64,000 nucleotides of DNA from Eledone cirrhosa (GCA_964016885.1 OZ024742.1:333374001-333438000), one strand, 5' to 3'. Positions 46,062-59,583 are shown, counted from the first letter of the stretch. Notes: a model not told the origin generated them from the sequence alone. Made by a program: numbers and translations.

Positions 46062-47783
46062 ATGACTGCAGGTGTTAAAGCCTCCACGACCACCACCACC
46101 GCGACAACAACCACCACCACCACCACCGCGACAACAGAAACAAAAGAAGAAAAAAATAAATTAACTCGTGATGTCGAAATGAAATCAAGCAAAATGGACT
46201 CTTCCCCACCAAAGACGACTGACGTCACCACCACCACAACTGAAACTAAAATTAATATTAACGATAGCAACAACAACAACAATGACATTATAACCCCCCC
46301 CCCCCCTCAGTTTCGCCAGAGTAGCAAAACAGTTCGAAGCATTTACGGTAACTCAGCAGGATTTAGAAAATGCCAAACAAATGGTAAAGAAAGATGGGTA
46401 CAGTACAGGGTCAGCCTCACCCCCCCCACCTAATAAAATGGAGCGTTGGCGCCTATGCACCGTGTAGTATAGAACAATAAATGTAAAATCGCGCCGAGTG
46501 GAACGGGCATCCGAGTCCCAAATCCAAAAAGCTTTGGGACATGTGTGGGCAAGAAAAACCCACATCAGACGTGGGCAAAAGTATGGAACCGTGGACGTGT
46601 TCTTTGAAACACCAGAGGAGGCTAGAGAACACTCCATGGCCCCATTAAGAAGTGACGACTTCACACTCGTCCCAAGCTATTGTGGCCAGAGACTCGTAAA
46701 GATCAGGGTGACCCACGTTCCACCGGCCATCGAAATTCCCTGGCTAATAGCGGCTGTCCTCGCCGGCATCGAAGCCAACACGAAAATAATAGCACTGACG
46801 GCAGCCACCTCACGGTAATTGTCGAGGGCAGAAGACCTAGGTGTGTCGTTTGTGGTGAAGGAACCCACCTAAGGGCTTTCTGCCCTCAGGCTAAAAGGTT
46901 GAGGCCACCTCTCCTACCCACCCCAGTGACACAACCATCAACACCACCAGTAGCAGAGATGGCAGCAACAACTGTAGCAGCAACAACAGAAGCAACTATA
47001 ACAGCAACAACCCCAGCAACAGTAGCAAAACCAACACCACTACCACCACCAGCAAAACCAACACCACCACCACCCAACGCTTCAGAACTAGCACCAGCGC
47101 CTACACCATCCACCACACCACAACCAAAACTAACGGCTGTGGAGGATTTTCCACTCCCCGGCCTATCACAACTGGAGACAGATTGTGACGACGAGGAGTG
47201 GGAAACGATATCCGGAAAAAAAAAAAGAAACCAAAAAAGAAAAAATTCTCTTCCTTCCCCCTCCAAAAACAAAATACAGAGGGAAACAAATAAACTAAGA
47301 AACAAAAAAGTTAGGACAGATATGCCACCATCCACACCAGCATCACCAACCCCATCAACCCAAACACCAACAACATCACCATCATTATCCCCAGCACCAC
47401 CATCACCTACACCACAAAAGTCACCAAAATGCGAAACAGAAACAAACCCACAACAAACGCAAACAAAACAAAACAACCAAAACGATACGCACTACACAGC
47501 ATTAAATTTGAACAACAAGCAATTATTACACTACATCCAACACAACACCAGCATCACAGAAAAAGACTACACAACAACCCCAAAATTCACACCACCTCCA
47601 CACATACAAATCACTCGCATCACACAGAAAACGTACATGACACTAAAACAAAAATTCCCCAAAGACATCGGAGACTTCCGACAAGCACTCTCCAGGAGGA
47701 TTTATAAGGACATCCTTCCTGAGGAGGCCACAAGCAGTGAAAAGGATGGAAAAGCCGTCCTTCCCCTACGAGAAGTAAGGTAA
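46062..47783 (+). pseudogene. LINE ORF1, disrupted (RRM-like region, CCHC zinc knuckle, Pro/Thr-rich tail)
   Basis: CVVCGEGTHLRAFC knuckle. Stops or frameshifts near 46430-46467 and ~46800. Start uncertain. Confidence 0.75.
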
Positions 47784-47817
47784 GTGGTCTTTCCCATCTT
47801 TTCCACTCCTTTTCAAC

Positions 47818-50800
47818 ATGACCTCACTCAGAATAGGCATAAATGCGCGTGGCTTGGGGTCGTCATGGAAGCAGGGCCACCTGCTCAACGACCTCAGGTC
47901 ACTAAACATAGATGTAGTGGCCATCAGCGAGACCAGAATCTCCGAAGCACAGGCTTTCGCACCGATCTTCGGCGGCTATGATGTGTACGCATCTCCCAGC
48001 CGTCCGGGATCGGGGGGAGGAGTTGCTGTGCTTTTTCGGAGAGGTTTGGATCTTGCCATACGGGCCATCTTCCTGGACCCAGAAGGTAAGTTGGTGGTGC
48101 TGGATGTGACCAGCGGAGACGGGCAAGCTTTCAGGTTAGTGGCCGTCTATGCCCCGACAGGAGCAGGGCGGCCTGATTTCTTCCGGCGTCTGGAGACCTT
48201 TCTTGGAACGTCCCGCTCTTTAGTGTTAGTGGGCGACTGGAACGGGATCTTAGATGCACGCTGGGATTGTGTGGGATTAGTGGATAGGGAAGGAGGGTGC
48301 AAGAGTCTCACCAACCTGCTCAGACGTTTTGAACTGTCTCACAGGTACCGAATGGATTTCCCGAATGCACCAATGTGGACTTGGACAAATCGCATAGGGT
48401 CATCCAGATCATATCTAGATAGAGTATTTTGTAGGGAAATAGATAGGTCTAGCATAGGCTGTCCACAATTCAAGATAGTCAGCTACACGGACCACAAATT
48501 CGTGATCTGTGTGCTTGACTTAGATAGGCTTCATAGACGAGGACCCGGCTACTGGAAGTTAAACGCGTCCTTACCAGCGCGCAAGGCCTACAGAGACCGG
48601 ATTAGCGAACTAGTTAAGCGGGCGTTGACGGTGGCCATCGTCAACAACAAGTGGTGGTTTGCTCTGAAAAGAGCAATTAGAATAGAGTCCATTAGGTTTA
48701 GTAAGACTTTAGCAATAGAGAAAAATAGAGCAGAGGGAGAATTTGTTAGAAAATTAGATGAGGCGCTTAGCAAAGGCATCGCGACCGACGTACTTGCGGC
48801 GAAATTGGCCCTTGACCATTTCTTCAATGCAAAGCACGAAGGCTGCGTTGTCAGAGCTAGGGTGCGTGCTCTCAGACACGAGGGGACGAAAGCCGTTCAA
48901 TGGGCCCGAGTGGCGGAGGCGCGTCGTGGCAACAAAGCCACGATCCGGTCTTTGGTGGACCACGACGGGCGCGTGCTACTCGATCCCGGGCAAATGTGTG
49001 AAGCTTTTCAGCGACACTTCGCTCAACTGTTCGGGGGAAGTGGCGGGGCGGATCGAGGGATGGACTTTAGTGTCTACATCGACGGACTGCCGCGGCTTTC
49101 GGCCACTGAGGCGGAGTGTTGCGAAAAGCCGATAACAACCGCTGAAGTACGGGATGCAATGACTAGTTGCACAAGGGGTAAATCGCCTGGTTTGGATGGT
49201 CTGCCCTATGAACTTTACGTACAAATGCCAAACTTGTTCAGAGGCCTCTTGGCGGACGTCTACTGCAACTGGCAACAGAACGGGAGAATTCCCAGCTCTG
49301 TGAGCCGAGGAGCGGTGGCGCTGCTGAGAAAGGATCCGAACAAGGGGGATAACATAGATAATTTTAGGCCCATAACTCTGCTAAACACAGAGTTCAAGAT
49401 TTTGGCCAAGGTGCTAGCAAAGAGGTTGGCGCTTGTCGTTGGTGGTCTGGTGGGAGAGGCACAGACATGCGCCATTCCCGACAGATCCATCCACGACAAC
49501 CTCCACCTCATGCGATACATCGTAGAGAGGGTAGCTAGAGAACCTGGCACGGGTGGGTCTTTGATCAATTTAGATCAGTCGAAAGCCTTCGATAGGGTCG
49601 ACCATCGTTACCTAACGGCAGTCCTGAGGGCGGCTGGCTTTGGGCCCGTCTTCAGAGGCTGGATCGCTGCCATGCACAGCGACATCTGCTCTGTAGTGAG
49701 AGTGAACGGTCACCTTTCGGAACCGTTCAACATCATGCGCTCGGTCCGCCAAGGATGTCCCCTCTCGTCCCTATTGTCCGTATTGACTCTCGAGCCATTA
49801 CTGCACAAACTGGAGACGTTGAGGGGGGTCCCGCGCGAACTAGGATGCGGAAGATCCGTGTCAGCATATGCCGACGATGTCACCGTAGTGGTGTCGAACG
49901 CCAAACACATCGAGGCGATCGGCACTACACTAAGAGAATACGAAGCGGTGACAGGAGCAATGATCAACCAGGAAAAGTCAGTGGGCCTGCAGCTCGGCAC
50001 CTGGAGAGGCAGGTCCATGCCGTCCAACAGCGTCGTCGGGCGCCGGACGGACGGACCGGTTAAATTGCTAGAGGTCTGGTTCGGTCCAGACCTCCAGACG
50101 GACAAAAACTGGGACGAGGTGACGATCAGGGTGGCTTCTCTCACCCAGAATTGGGCCGAGAGGAAGCTATCCCTGAAAGGTCGAGCGGAGGTGGCGAATG
50201 CGTACATCGCATCCGTCATCTACTACCGCCTGACCGTCGTACCTTGTCCTAAGCCCCGCCTGACTGCGCTGGAGCGTTTGCTCTTTCGCTTCTTGTGGAA
50301 GGGACGCGCTCCGATGGTCAGGCGGTCCATCTGCTGTCAACACCCGCTACGTGGAGGGCTGGGCATGCCGTGGCTGATGATGCGCAGACACGCGCTCAGG
50401 CTACGACATCTCCACCTCTTCCTCGACGGTGATCAGGTGTGGTCGCCGTTTGCAAGACACGTTTTTCCCCAGCTCGTCTCCTTGACGGAGCTGCAGTCCT
50501 GGGACAAGCGAAGACCGACAGGGAGCGCTTGGAGACTGGAATGTCTTCAGGCGCTCACAGCCCTCGACCAATCGAGCAATGTGATCGGTGGAACCTCCAC
50601 CTTGGCGTTCTATAGGGGATTAGTGGAGGGGAAGAGCGACGACGTACTTGGAGAAACTCTAGGCGTCGACGAAAATCAACTAGCCAATCTCTTCGGAAGG
50701 ACTTTCGGGCCGGGGCCTATGGACAACTTCCAGAAATCCCTGGCCTGGCAGTGCTACCGAGGAGCTTTGCCAGTTCGGGATAAACTCTATAGGCATGGAG

Positions 50801-51234
50801 GTGCCGTCAGCCGGGCATGTCCGAGATGCGCGCAGGGCGACGAAACCGTCCTGCACACACTCGTCCAGTGTCCGAGCATTTCTGACTTGTGGGTTTATGT
50901 CGAACACCTGCTGTCACGTGTAGGACGGATCCAGCTATCAGCTGAGTCCATCGTGAGGATTGCCCCGCCCCATTCCTTTAGCCTGGAAGGGCAGGCAGTT
51001 TTTATCTGTCTGGTGGCCATGGCGAAAGAGATAGTATGGTGGACACGTTTGAAAGGGCTGAAGACGAGCACTTACCTCTTCGGTGATGCCCTGATTAACT
51101 TTTTCAAATTTCATTTGAAAAGGAAAATCAGGGTAGAGAGGGAAGTGCTCTCTTCCCAGCATTTTGTTGAAAGATGGGTGAGAGAAGCAAGTATGGCCCG
51201 AATGAATGGGCTTTCTCTGAGTATGTGTCTGTAA
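47818..51234 (+). CDS. LINE ORF2: AP-endonuclease, reverse transcriptase and C-terminal Cys/His domain
   Basis: 1138-aa ORF: NARGL, SET, VYAP, GDWN, LDR, TDH; KSPGLDG, FRPITLLN, LDQSKAFDRVDH, QGCPLS, YADD; CPRC..ETVLH...C. Confidence 0.96.
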   Translation: MTSLRIGINARGLGSSWKQGHLLNDLRSLNIDVVAISETRISEAQAFAPIFGGYDVYASPSRPGSGGGVAVLFRRGLDLAIRAIFLDPEGKLVVLDVTSGDGQAFRLVAVYAPTGAGRPDFFRRLETFLGTSRSLVLVGDWNGILDARWDCVGLVDREGGCKSLTNLLRRFELSHRYRMDFPNAPMWTWTNRIGSSRSYLDRVFCREIDRSSIGCPQFKIVSYTDHKFVICVLDLDRLHRRGPGYWKLNASLPARKAYRDRISELVKRALTVAIVNNKWWFALKRAIRIESIRFSKTLAIEKNRAEGEFVRKLDEALSKGIATDVLAAKLALDHFFNAKHEGCVVRARVRALRHEGTKAVQWARVAEARRGNKATIRSLVDHDGRVLLDPGQMCEAFQRHFAQLFGGSGGADRGMDFSVYIDGLPRLSATEAECCEKPITTAEVRDAMTSCTRGKSPGLDGLPYELYVQMPNLFRGLLADVYCNWQQNGRIPSSVSRGAVALLRKDPNKGDNIDNFRPITLLNTEFKILAKVLAKRLALVVGGLVGEAQTCAIPDRSIHDNLHLMRYIVERVAREPGTGGSLINLDQSKAFDRVDHRYLTAVLRAAGFGPVFRGWIAAMHSDICSVVRVNGHLSEPFNIMRSVRQGCPLSSLLSVLTLEPLLHKLETLRGVPRELGCGRSVSAYADDVTVVVSNAKHIEAIGTTLREYEAVTGAMINQEKSVGLQLGTWRGRSMPSNSVVGRRTDGPVKLLEVWFGPDLQTDKNWDEVTIRVASLTQNWAERKLSLKGRAEVANAYIASVIYYRLTVVPCPKPRLTALERLLFRFLWKGRAPMVRRSICCQHPLRGGLGMPWLMMRRHALRLRHLHLFLDGDQVWSPFARHVFPQLVSLTELQSWDKRRPTGSAWRLECLQALTALDQSSNVIGGTSTLAFYRGLVEGKSDDVLGETLGVDENQLANLFGRTFGPGPMDNFQKSLAWQCYRGALPVRDKLYRHGGAVSRACPRCAQGDETVLHTLVQCPSISDLWVYVEHLLSRVGRIQLSAESIVRIAPPHSFSLEGQAVFICLVAMAKEIVWWTRLKGLKTSTYLFGDALINFFKFHLKRKIRVEREVLSSQHFVERWVREASMARMNGLSLSMCL

Positions 51235-51499
51235 ATTAAAGGTGGAAAACTGGGAGAGGGCACTTGCCCTGGTGGTCAGGGCCACTGTGGTCTTTTAATG
51301 GGCTTTCTCCACAAATGTCCCTCGGAAGTCTCCCCCCTATTGGGGAATTTTTGTTTGCTATTTTATTTCAACCTCTGTTTTTTTTTGCACGCAGAAATGC
51401 CCATTTGTACCGTCCTGTATTGTCCTGTACTGTCCTTAATGTCTACTTTATGTAAACCCTTGTGGTTAATAAAGAAAACAAAAAAAAAACAAAAAAAAA

Positions 51500-51552
<53 letters not shown>

Positions 51553-51561
51553 TATTATTAT

Positions 51562-52010
51562 GAGTTCAAGTCCCGCCGAGGTTAACTTTGCCTTTCATCC
51601 TTACGGGGTCGATAAAATAAAGTACCAGTAATGCACTGGGTAATTGCTGGCCTTGTGCCAAAAGTAGAAACAATTATTATTATTATGGATTGGCAGTATC
51701 AATAGAGGGTCGGACGCCATGCTTTGGCGCATAGAGTTACGGCTCTTGCCATTATGAGTTCAAATCCCGCCGAGGTTAACTTTGCCTTTCATCCTTACGG
51801 GGTCGATAAAATAAAGTACCAGTAATGTACTGGATAATTGCTGGCCTTGGGCCTAAAGTAGAAACACTTATTATTAGGGCTGTTTATTTGCAGTTTCGAA
51901 CACCATGCTTCGCGTTCTGAATTCAAATTCCATCGGGGTTTAAATTTGTCTTTTGGGGTCGATAAAATACAACACCACTAATGCCCTGGTGCCAAAATCA
52001 GAAACTATTA
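51562..52010 (+). mobile_element. Tandem tRNA-derived SINE copies with (ATT)n tails
   Basis: 51562-51686, 51687-51875 and a decayed third copy. Shared GAGTTCAAATCCCGCCGAGGTTAACTTTGCCTTTCATCC. Confidence 0.85.
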
Positions 52011-52348
52011 ATATTCCTAATAGTAGGGATGGAACCGGCATTAGTGATAGTATTAGGTGTGGTAGCAGTTCTTGTCATACGAGTTGATAGATAAGAGGAG
52101 ATGAGCAGGGGCTGCAATATTGATTGACGCGATAATAGAAACGAGCACATTTATAACTCAGAGGTCAAATGTTCGAGCCGAAGTGACAGCGTCTGGAAAT
52201 AATGTTTAAGTTTAACGATGGCTCTTGGAACACTAATACGTGACGTTACGATAAATCTCTCTGATTAAAAATAGTATATAACGTGAATATCTATTTCTAA
52301 ATTGCATCTCACACTCTCTCTCTCACTCACCTCTCTCTCTCTCTCTCT

Positions 52349-52386
<38 letters not shown>

Positions 52387-52669
52387 GCCATCGTTAAACT
52401 TAAAAATGATATATATAATTGATATAATTGTGTGTTTGTGTCTGAGAGCGCTGTGAGTATACGTATGCATATATATCTGTAAATATGTACATACTCGTAT
52501 ATGGATGTTTCGTTTGTAGTATTAATTAAATGAGGAAGAGAAAGGGGGTAAGTAGAACCATCAGAAAATAATAAAACTCTAATATTCTCAGATTATAAAC
52601 GTTTCTTTTTTTACATGGATCAATACCGTATCGCAGTTTTCCTTAAATTTTAACATTATTGTTTTTTTT

Positions 52670-52853
52670 GGATTGGCAGTATCGGTAGAGGGTCGGACGC
52701 CATGCTTTCCAGCATAGTTACGTCCCTTTATGATCTGAGTTCAAATCCCGCCGAGGTTGACTTTGCCTTTCATCCTTACGGGGTCGATAAAATAAAGTAC
52801 CAGTAATGCACTGGATAATTGCTGGCCTTGTGCCTAAAGTAGAAACAATTATT
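52670..52853 (+). mobile_element. tRNA-derived SINE (octopus OK-like)
   Basis: A box TGGCAGTATCGG, B box GAGTTCAAATCCC, conserved body and ATT tail. The family name is from recall. Confidence 0.8.
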
Positions 52854-53024
52854 GTTTTTTTCTGTACCATCAGAGGAGTAGCTCACATCGTTAAGAACAT
52901 ACTTTCTCTAACTTTCACGTGAGATAGTTAAATTAGTAGCCTCTGATTTCGCCCTATTTGTATCTGTGTCTATGTATCGACGCCTACAGCACACACACAC
53001 AGACACACACACGCACACGCACAG

Positions 53025-53091
<67 letters not shown>

Positions 53092-53163
53092 TATATATAT
53101 ATTTCATTTCTGAATTTGTTTAGCAAGATACTTTATCTGAAAACGTGTGTTGAAACCGATACT

Positions 53164-53685
53164 GTTATGCATTGGGAGGGTCATGTTGCCAATTAGAAAC
53201 ACACGCACCAGTTGCAATTCACTTCAATTTATTATAAATTAAATTTAGAAATTTAGAACTCTATAAGTGTTCGGTTGGTTGGGTGGTTCCACAACCAGAC
53301 GTTTGTTCATATATTGTCAACTTCTTTCGTCACACATTCTGTAACCTCTTCAATGCCTGGGATTCTTTTCTTTGTTTTTGTGCCTCTCCTTTGTTCTGTC
53401 CTACGCCATCTTATTTTTGTATGTGCACAAAAACAAGATGGCGTAGGACAGAACAAAGGAGAGGCACACACACAAAGAAAATAATCCCCAGTCACTGAAG
53501 AGGTCACATAATCTGTGACGAAAGAACTTGACAATATACGAACAATCGTCTGGTTGTGGAACCAACCAAACAACTGGAAACTTATAAATTCCTATATGTA
53601 TAAATTTAATGTATAATAAATTGAAGTGAAAGCAACTGGTGCGTGTGTTTCTTATTGGCAACATGAACCTCCCAAAGCATAACAA

Positions 53686-53686
<1 letters not shown>
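53164..53686. repeat. ~520-bp imperfect palindrome of family G pLTR with degenerate HHR at 53491-53532
   Basis: Arms are symmetric around ~53421. GUCA-CUGAAGA-GGUCACA..UGUGAC-GAAA-GAACU-UGAC. Confidence 0.8.
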
Positions 53687-53760
<74 letters not shown>

Positions 53761-54039
53761 GTGTATGAAATTATTGTATTATTAAGATTGGTTTCGGAAT
53801 ATGAACGGAAGAGAACCTCATTAAGTACGTTACGCAATACACAATTATTCCACAGGATATCTATAGGACTAGAACTGTTTCATTCCCTTCAAGCTACTGA
53901 TGATTGAAAGTGAAGGAAACAGTTGTAGTGATGTAGAAATCAATTCGAAATGAAAAATATATATTTTCATATATATATATTGCCTGTTTCTGTGTTATAT
54001 TTTACATATGTGTGTACATACTATTAATTACAAGTACAA

Positions 54040-54085
<46 letters not shown>

Positions 54086-54090
<5 letters not shown>

Positions 54091-54849
54091 GATGCTGACG
54101 ATAGCTAATAAACTTGAAACTAGTACATCGTTCCTGTGTCGGTGTTGAATAAAAAGGTGACGTGGTTGCCTAAACACTGTACGGCGTAATTCGGGCTGTT
54201 TGTTTGTTTACAAACAAACAAACCGATCATTATAATAAATGTTCGGTAAACCGATACGTGCATATAAATATGTGTGCATGTGTGTATATATATACATACT
54301 ACTGTACGTCTGTATACATATATGTACGTACGTATACATACATATATACTTACATGTAACTAAGTGCCGTACTAAGAGTGAGAAATAAAATTTCGTTTGA
54401 TTCTATTCCATTTATCGTTTTCGGTGCGCCCGGCCGACTGAACTCACTCGATATGCAAATTAGGCTGCTCAGCCGTTAATATGCATAAGGAAAGTATATA
54501 CTTTCAGACGTTCAACCATCTGGCAGGAAGGTATACTATGCTGACGATAACTAATAAGCTTGAAACTGGTACATCGTTCCTGTGTCGGTGTTGAACAAAA
54601 AGGTGACGTGGTTGCCTAAACACTGTACGGCGTAATTCGCGCTCTTTGTTTGTTTACAAACAAACAAACCGAGCATTTTAATAAATGTTCGGTAAACCGA
54701 TGCGTGCATATATATATATGTGCATGTAGGTATATATATACATACTACTGTACGTCTGTATACATATATGTATGTACGTATACATACATACTTACATTTA
54801 AGTGCCGTACTAAGAGTGAGAAATGAAATTTCGTTTAATTCTATTCTAT
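54086..54849 (+). mobile_element. Retrozyme-like tandem repeat (~1.7 x 446 nt) with two minimal HHRs
   Basis: CTGACGA at 54095 and 54541. Stem I ACGAUG/CAUCGU. TA flanks. Confidence 0.85.
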
Positions 54850-54890
54850 ATATAAATATATATATATATATATTATATATATATATTATA

Positions 54891-54985
<95 letters not shown>

Positions 54986-55035
54986 TATATTCATTATTTA
55001 TTAAAATAAATTTGGATTATAGTCTTCAAATTATT

Positions 55036-55108
<73 letters not shown>

Positions 55109-55231
55109 ATTCATTTATTTGGGAATTTGACAAAAATTATATTAATATCACGCTTACCGCCATCTAACGGAAGTGGATAGAAAGCTAAATTAAAATCTGG
55201 CAGTCAATTCTAATCTTGATAAATCGTATTA

Positions 55232-55311
<80 letters not shown>

Positions 55312-55331
55312 TCTCTGTCTCTCTCCCACTC

Positions 55332-55368
<37 letters not shown>

Positions 55369-56104
55369 TTATATATATATATATATATACCCTGTCTCTC
55401 CTGTTTTTTTTTTTATCTTCATTTGGTATGTTATTGAAATCTAACATTTTTCTTTCTCCAAATGATATCGTCTTTATCGTCTTTATTATTGACTGGTTAA
55501 CACGTGTCAGCTGATTTATCACTAGTTTTGCTTACTTCTTTTAATATTTTATATCTTATGACTCTCTTAATAAAGGCGGCGCAATATGCCAGCCGATATT
55601 TGCCGTTAATATTCAAACCCGAAGTCTCCCCACCGACTTTTATCAGCAAACAGTTTCAAGCTATGAGATTTAATTTTTTCCAGGGGTGGGGTCAGCGGTT
55701 GCAAACAATTTGTACATTGAATTAGAGGAAATGTTGGGAATTATATACAAAAAACGATGAGATGAGGAATGAATTAGCATCAAAAAGAACTCTGCCTCTT
55801 CAATTATATTTGAATACTTCTCAGGTGAAATACAAGGTGATCTTTAATATGTAAATATAAAGGATGTCTGTCTGATATACGTGAATTATTTCGTCGAAAT
55901 TGCTATGGTTGTTATCCGAAGAGCATATTTTAATGTTTGTGACCTGTTTTTATTCATCCATTCTATTTCATCCTTCCTATCATCTCTTCTTTTCTTCTTT
56001 TCCTCGAGACAACCGATATCGGGACGCTGATCTCTGTCCTTCGAGGTAATATTTTACCCAACGCTGCTTCGACGGTATTTTGCTGCTCTGTTTTAACAGC
56101 TTCC

Positions 56105-56130
<26 letters not shown>

Positions 56131-56135
<5 letters not shown>

Positions 56136-57066
56136 TGAAAAGTATAGAAATTAATATGAGCCAGAAGCACACAGTATTTCATAATATATAAGTGACTATA
56201 GCGTCAAAATGGGAGAATAGATAACGTAAGATGTGGGAAAAATAATTCAAACTCAATTCAAAAAGAATCAGGATATAGATTCATCCAACAGGATTTAGTG
56301 AAATTCAGGGAAAAATCATAAGAACCTTAACTCATGATAAAATAAAGTTTAAAATACTCATCCTTCAATTTGGAGAAACTACAAATGTAGTCTTGAAAAG
56401 ACTATTTCACGAAATTTTCAGTGGGGATGGTCACGGTTGGATTAGATCATTAGCAGAGCTCAACACGATAACCAAAATTCACTGATTATAATATGCCAAA
56501 AAGGGAATTTGAAAGTAGGCTAGTTCGACATCATGCGTAATTATGAACATAAAACGTACATGTAGAGACAGGGCTGGTGACGTCAGAATGAGACGAATGT
56601 TTGTTTATTTGAAATAACAGTCAAAAACATTCCGAAAAAAACTCTACAATAAGGAGTTCAGCAAAAAGCAATATTATCGCGGTTTAAAAAAAAAAGACCG
56701 GGATTAGTCACAAATAATTTAAGCACTCTAGGAAAGAAATCCGAGTATAAATATAAATGAAAAGTATAGAAATTATTATGAGCAAGAAGCACACAGTATT
56801 TCATAATATATAAGTGACTGTAACGACAAAATGGAAAAATAGTTAACGTATGTGGGGAAAATAATTCAAACTCAATTCAAAAAGTATCAGGATATAGATT
56901 CATCCAACAGAATTTAGTGAAATTCAGGGAAAAATCAATAGAGCCTTAATTAATAAAATAAAGTTTCAAATACTCATCCTTCAATTTGGAGAAACTACAA
57001 ATGCTCTGTATAGTCTTGAAAAGACTATTTCACGAAACTTTCAGTGGGGATGGTCACGGTTGGATT

Positions 57067-57067
<1 letters not shown>
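56131..57067 (-). mobile_element. Terminally redundant non-coding element (family H, ~620-nt unit)
   Basis: 56135-56443 recurs at 56758-57067. TA flanks and a junction hairpin at 56725-56746. Confidence 0.7.
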
Positions 57068-57108
<41 letters not shown>

Positions 57109-57244
57109 CGAGAGAGAGAGTGAAAGAGGTAGAACACCGGAAAGTAATGTCCGTAGTGGTAGAGCACTTAGTCCACGGGACGAGTTTGATAAAAGTAGTA
57201 ACACAACAGTTAGTTCGTATATATATATATATATATATATATAC

Positions 57245-57818
57245 ATTGTTGAAGAATATTCTTGCTCTTGTGTTGTCATGCATGAGAGGCTCATTATACT
57301 AACATGGCTTTAAAAATGATGCTTGTTTGCATAATTGCAAATTAATCGAATATTATTATTAATATTCAAAAAACTCAGATTACGTTAATTGTATTCAGCC
57401 ATGTAGAGTGAATTTGTTATTTTTTTTTTTTAACATGGCAAAGGCGGCCATTTATCGCTCGTATACAGGAAACTGACTGGCCAGTCTGCTGATGTGAAAA
57501 TCTGGCTGGTAGTTGGATCTGCCTAATATGCAGATCTGACTGATCAGCCAGTCTGCTAATATGCAAATCAGGCCGATCAGTCATGTGTATATTTCAAAAT
57601 AGCACATATTTTCAATAGCTCTGACAGTCAGGTGAAGAGTGAGCTGTACTGATGAAGGGTGATACCCAGAAACATTACTGCCTGCAGTTCTGTTCGCATG
57701 CCAACATAAGAGCAAGAATGAAGGTTTCATTCTACTAAAATGACTTTAAAAATGAGGTTGCTTGCATAATTGCAAATGAATTGAATATTATTATTAATAT
57801 TCGAAAAACTGAGATTAC
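57245..57818 (+). mobile_element. Terminally redundant ~437-nt unit with decayed HHR (57641-57690)
   Basis: 57308-57383 recurs at 57745-57818. GAGCUGUA-CUGAUGA-AGGGU GAU ACCCA-GAAA-CAUUACUG-CC-UGCAGUUC. Confidence 0.65.
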
Positions 57819-58566
57819 ATATCTTAAATATATATACATACACACCCACACACAGACATACGCGCGATCGCGCTCGCGCACACATACGCGCACACACGCT
57901 CGCACACACATTATATTCTTTTACTTGTTTCAATCTTAGAGCTGGGCTGAGCTGAGTGTTGCTTATATATATATATATATATGAATATAACGAAGGAGTT
58001 GTCGTAAGGAACCAGATGGACCATAACGCACCAGAGTACTCAATACTTAGGGTTGTAGAGTGGGTAATAGGAAAAAGTATGACAACGACGGCACAGCTCA
58101 AGCCATTTCGACGGCTATTACTGGACTACTTCAGTCCAGAAATAACCGTCGAAACGGCTTGAGCTCTATCATTAGGGTCATACTTTTTCCTATATATATA
58201 TACATATATATATATATATTTATTTATAGATGTATATATATGCATTATATTCCTTATTTGTTGTGAGTCGTGAAATTCTGTTTGCGCAGGCGTTACTACA
58301 ATGGTTACTTACAGTCAAGCGATAAGAAAAAAAGATAAAATGAAAAATGTCTTTTCATGTTGTTGTCTGTTAAAGTTGATAATTTCAGCCATAGTTGACA
58401 TTTAAAGGCATGTCAATGAAACAATGGATATTAGATGGTTAGATGGATATAATACGCTTTGTGTTTGTGGGTTTAGGATACGATATGAAATTTATATTGA
58501 GAGCCGCAGATGTCATTACTAAGATGATAAACGGATATGCTTTGTATCTGCATATATATTTATATG

Positions 58567-58638
<72 letters not shown>

Positions 58639-59176
58639 AGTAAAAATTAGCGAGAATCGAATTTCAGCCCATGAAATAACGAAAAAACACTTTCGAATTG
58701 TGAGGCAAGCGCTCTATAATTCAAATGAATTAGAGCTTACAACTTACGTTAAAGGCCAAACACACTGAGATGGTAGTTAAACTAATTATCCACACAGCGA
58801 AGATCCGATCTCCTATTTCGGGTCAAACAGATATACAGATATAAAAATATTTGAAAGCATAAATGTTTTATACTCATCTGGACCGCTGGAATGATGGTAA
58901 AGTCCAGTGTTGGGGTTTCTGCGGCTCCATAAGTCATTTACTGTCCACTTACATAAAGGATGTTCAGTTTGTCGTATCCTGACTGAACTAGGAGTACGCA
59001 TTATCAACGGGATTCAGTTCGAAAGACCACATAGATGTGTTTGTAACTGACCCCACGTGGGGTTCAGCAAGGGAGGCAACACCTAAATTAGGCGAATGAA
59101 TTCATCTGCGTATAATATTGCGAAAATGCAAAATATCACAAATCGAATGAAGCTCTCGACAGAGTGGTTAAATATA

Positions 59177-59451
<275 letters not shown>

Positions 59452-59525
59452 TAGATAGATAGATAGATATTTATTCATCTATTTATTTATTTATTTATAT
59501 ATATATGCGTACATACATGGGTGTA

Positions 59526-59583
<58 letters not shown>

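Larger units (their letters stand above)
45683..51500 (+). mobile_element. Near full-length Tx1/L1-clade LINE inserted in (ATT)n
   Basis: ORF1 relic, ORF2 and an A-rich tail at 51471-51500. (ATT)n on both sides (45641-45682, 51501-51561). Confidence 0.93.

Noticed and set aside
51562-52010. CRISPR-like repeat array
   Set aside because: These are tandem SINE copies in a eukaryotic context with no unique spacers or cas genes.
58975-59040. HHR-like CUGACUGAACU..AGUUC GAAA
   Set aside because: The core spacing and stem III are non-canonical and there is only one copy.
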